A stretch of 64,000 nt of DNA from Thermodesulfovibrionales bacterium (GTDB taxonomy: Bacteria > Nitrospirota > Thermodesulfovibrionia > Thermodesulfovibrionales > SM23-35). Position 1 is the stretch's first letter; each line of letters starts with the position of its first letter. Under the pieces are notes generated by a model that was not told where the DNA came from, made no database searches, and saw only the letters and a list, made by a program, of their open reading frames with translations. A program made the translations under genes and the position numbers. The stretch is from assembly GCA_963715195.1 (NCBI GenBank), contig CAVQRT010000031.1, forward strand, positions 192,001 through 256,000. The letters run 5' to 3'. Below, piece by piece: positions 61,305-64,000 of the stretch.

Positions 61305-62955
61305 AGCTTATTTCCAATCTGTCTGCCATCGCTTTATCATCGATGCTCAATCCGTCCGACATCCCGATGGGCAGTTCGGTGCTTCTTCCCATGGGAGCGA
61401 AGATTTTTTTCAGTTCGACATTGGCTGACTTGAATACTTCGACAACACGCTCGGCAACCTTGTCGGAATCCAGTCTCCGGTAAAGTTTTGGGTCCTGGGT
61501 CGTTATGCCTCTCGGGCATTTCCCCGTATTGCAGAGGTTGCAGCGATTATATTCGTCACCGAAGCAGTTTGCGGTTGCCTGCATAACATATTTCCCGATT
61601 GATACCGCCGATGCGCCGAGCATGATGAGGGCAGCAGCATTTGCCGCCAAATTCCCTTTCTTTGCAACACCTCCGGCCGCAATCAATGGCAGTTCATTCT
61701 GTTTGCCCTGTTTGACGAGGTCGAGGTAGCATTCCCGCAGATTCGATACTATCGGATGCCCCATCTTGTCTATCGAGACATTGTAGGCAGCTCCGGTTCC
61801 GCCGTCTTCACCATCGATCGACAGAGCTGCTGCATAAGGATTCCTCGCGAGATTATTGAGAACAGCGCGTGCCGTTTTGGTTCCGGAAATCTTCGGGTAA
61901 ACAGGCACACGGAATCCCCAGGCCATTGACATCGACTGGATCATCTTCGCAACGGCCTCTTCAATAGAGTATTTCGTCTGATGGGTGGGGGGTGATGCGA
62001 GGTCGACAAACTGCGGGACCCCGCGAATGCTTGCGATAAGCCTCATGACCTTCTGGGCCATGAGGAGACCGCCGTCACCGGGTTTTGCGCCCTGACCATA
62101 CTTGATCTCGATGGCAGCGGGGTCCTCGACCATATCAGGTATAGCATGGATGATCTCATCCCATCCGAAATACCCTGAAGCGATCTGAATGGTCATGTAT
62201 TTCAGAAATCTTGATTTCAATAGCCTTGGCGGTACCCCGCCTTCACCGGTGCACATGACAACCGGCATGTTCTCAACTTCATTGAGATAGGCGACTCCCA
62301 TGGCAAGGCCCTCCCACATCGGAGGCGACAATGCCCCCATGGACATGCTTCCGATCATGATGGGGAATATTTCACGGACCGGGGGGATAAATGTATCAGT
62401 CGGATGTTCAACTCCGAGTGTACCGTTCGTTGTAATCAGGGGCAGTTCTTCGGGCGGCAGGATTCTTCCCAGAAGGGTCCTTACCCGGAATTCATGTCTC
62501 CCTGCATCGAGGGCAGGATCTGTGAGCATGGAGATTCTCGTGAATTTGAGTCTGTCGAGCGTCGATATCGCAGGGTCATTCCTTCTTCCACCTCGTTTAT
62601 AGCCTTCTCCGCCCCTGTTTTTGAAATGAAGAAATTTGTTCGTTGGGTTATACTCAGGTTCTATCGCATCATTCGGGCATACAAGGGTGCATGCGCCGCA
62701 GCCGGTACAGGCCCGCTCTATCTCCGTCACCTGTTCAACGACATGGGTGATTCTCCGGACGGTTGCCGGTTCTGGAACAGGGCCTTCCGACTGCACAAGG
62801 CGCTGAAGTTTGACTGCCGGTACGATAGCCTTTACCGGACAGACCGCCGTGCAACTGCCGCATCGCTTGCACCGGTCATCCCTCCAGCGGACGATATAGG
62901 GAAATTCCTTCAGCGAGAGCTGATGATTGTGATCTAATGTTGCAGCTGGTTCCAT
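61294..62955 (-). CDS. gltB: Glutamate synthase FMN-binding subunit with N-terminal ferredoxin (GltB2-like)
   Basis: CKRCGSC..CP, MSMGALS, TGEGG, EIKYGQGAKPGDGG, CNTGKCPRGITTQ. Confidence 0.92.
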   Translation of the reverse strand: MEPAATLDHNHQLSLKEFPYIVRWRDDRCKRCGSCTAVCPVKAIVPAVKLQRLVQSEGPVPEPATVRRITHVVEQVTEIERACTGCGACTLVCPNDAIEPEYNPTNKFLHFKNRGGEGYKRGGRRNDPAISTLDRLKFTRISMLTDPALDAGRHEFRVRTLLGRILPPEELPLITTNGTLGVEHPTDTFIPPVREIFPIMIGSMSMGALSPPMWEGLAMGVAYLNEVENMPVVMCTGEGGVPPRLLKSRFLKYMTIQIASGYFGWDEIIHAIPDMVEDPAAIEIKYGQGAKPGDGGLLMAQKVMRLIASIRGVPQFVDLASPPTHQTKYSIEEAVAKMIQSMSMAWGFRVPVYPKISGTKTARAVLNNLARNPYAAALSIDGEDGGTGAAYNVSIDKMGHPIVSNLRECYLDLVKQGKQNELPLIAAGGVAKKGNLAANAAALIMLGASAVSIGKYVMQATANCFGDEYNRCNLCNTGKCPRGITTQDPKLYRRLDSDKVAERVVEVFKSANVELKKIFAPMGRSTELPIGMSDGLSIDDKAMADRLEISYAC

Positions 62956-64000
62956 ACGCTGACCTCCTCCGCATCTGGCTTGACGATTACCATGTCGTAT
63001 TTCATAGGAAAGATATCACCTGATTTGTCCCTTTTGGGGATGGAGCTGTCGAGGCCGCATTCCTCGGACATCAGTGCATATTTCCCCTTAGTCCCGCCAA
63101 CGACTCCGGGTCTCAGTTTCTTTGCGTCGTGCGCCATGAAACAGTTGCCGTTGGGGGTAAATCCGATAACCATATTCGGGCCGTCGATGCAGAGCGGCCT
63201 TAAGGATTGTTTGATAAGCCGCAAGGCTTTTTTGTCCTGTCTGGGTTCGATTTCAGAATCTTTCAGCGGTGTAATGACATCTTTATAGTAGGTGAGAGGG
63301 AATCCCAACTGCCGTACGGTATAGTGCAGAATATGGGTGAAAACCTCACTGTCACTGTTATACCCCATATACCCCGGGAAGCCCCTGCTCATCAGGAACT
63401 CCCTGATGGGCACAAAGGCAGTATTCTCTCCGTTTGTCATAGAGCAAAATCCCTGGATGAAAAAAGGATGGCAGGCATAGAGATAGATCGCATAATTTGT
63501 GTTCTGCCTTCCCTGAGCAAAGATAATTTTTGCTTTGAGGCCGCCCTTGTCGAGACCAAAGAATTCAGCTACCTGAAGCGGGTCCCCGACTTCCTTCAGC
63601 GTCAGTACGTCGGGATAGAATGAGAAAACGAAGATTGATTCATCCTGTTCTCCGAGCTTTCGCAGCGTAAGGCGGATATTCATCAGGAGATCTTCTTTTT
63701 CCTTTGTCGGTTTGTATTTGTAGGAAAAGGGATAATCGTATGCCCGCGCGAAATAATGGTCGCGGGGCTGAATCCCCTTAACGGATTTTGTTTTCGGAGC
63801 CCAGATGTCTTTTAACTGAAATCCTGCCTTGTCCATGAAGTCGTCAAGAATCTTAGCCCCGGATTTTGAGCATATGCCTGAAAGAATCGGGTATCCTTTC
63901 AGGTGCTCAAAATGCCCCCCAAGGTCTTTGAGTGTGAGACCAAGACCTGAGCCGTCGTGGCCCTCCTTCATGGTCTCAAGGGCAAGGATATTCTCCATCG
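62934..64000 (-). CDS. gltB: Glutamate synthase amidotransferase subunit (GltB1-like), 5' end outside window
   Basis: GHDGSG, RQNTN, ACHPF, NGEN, SDSE, DGP, KKLRP class-II GATase motifs. Confidence 0.88.
   Translation of the reverse strand, partial: MENILALETMKEGHDGSGLGLTLKDLGGHFEHLKGYPILSGICSKSGAKILDDFMDKAGFQLKDIWAPKTKSVKGIQPRDHYFARAYDYPFSYKYKPTKEKEDLLMNIRLTLRKLGEQDESIFVFSFYPDVLTLKEVGDPLQVAEFFGLDKGGLKAKIIFAQGRQNTNYAIYLYACHPFFIQGFCSMTNGENTAFVPIREFLMSRGFPGYMGYNSDSEVFTHILHYTVRQLGFPLTYYKDVITPLKDSEIEPRQDKKALRLIKQSLRPLCIDGPNMVIGFTPNGNCFMAHDAKKLRPGVVGGTKGKYALMSEECGLDSSIPKRDKSGDIFPMKYDMVIVKPDAEEVSVWNQLQH

Overview
A 64-kb bacterial segment. Gene content and order suggest an anaerobic Nitrospirota/Desulfobacterota-type organism (inference only). 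Left flank (1-14.9 kb): two DUF507 genes, a CIRCE-controlled hrcA-grpE-dnaK-dnaJ-rsmE operon, an ETF:quinone oxidoreductase, and a sigma54-type nitrogen-assimilation cluster (unannotated 58-aa stand-alone NifA-like HTH, putative porin, amtB, glnK, amtB, glnA). Right flank (57.3-64 kb): split glutamate synthase genes followed by a GAF-AAA+-HTH NifA-like activator. About 42 kb of accessory DNA lies between the two nitrogen halves. It holds (i) an AT-rich regulatory module: twin XRE proteins, CBS protein, S41 protease, NarL-type two-component system, a membrane-anchored Cro-like HTH with a stand-alone paralog of its C-terminal domain, and an AAACA-N5-TGTTT operator array; (ii) a GntR-CBS-DASS-theta-carbonic-anhydrase-Mrp-USP cluster plus a degenerate second copy with deletion scars; (iii) a sigma54-driven TSUP-USP-porin operon with a histidine kinase, a receiver and a PEP-utilising enzyme. 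Several accessory genes are broken by single-base insertions that look like assembly errors. Two families of short palindromic repeats are scattered through the window, one copy in-frame inside rsmE. No rRNA, tRNA, CRISPR array, integrase or transposase was recognised. Top leads: the NifA-HTH microprotein circuit, the theta-CA/Mrp/DASS cluster, and the HTH-TM/S41 protease module.
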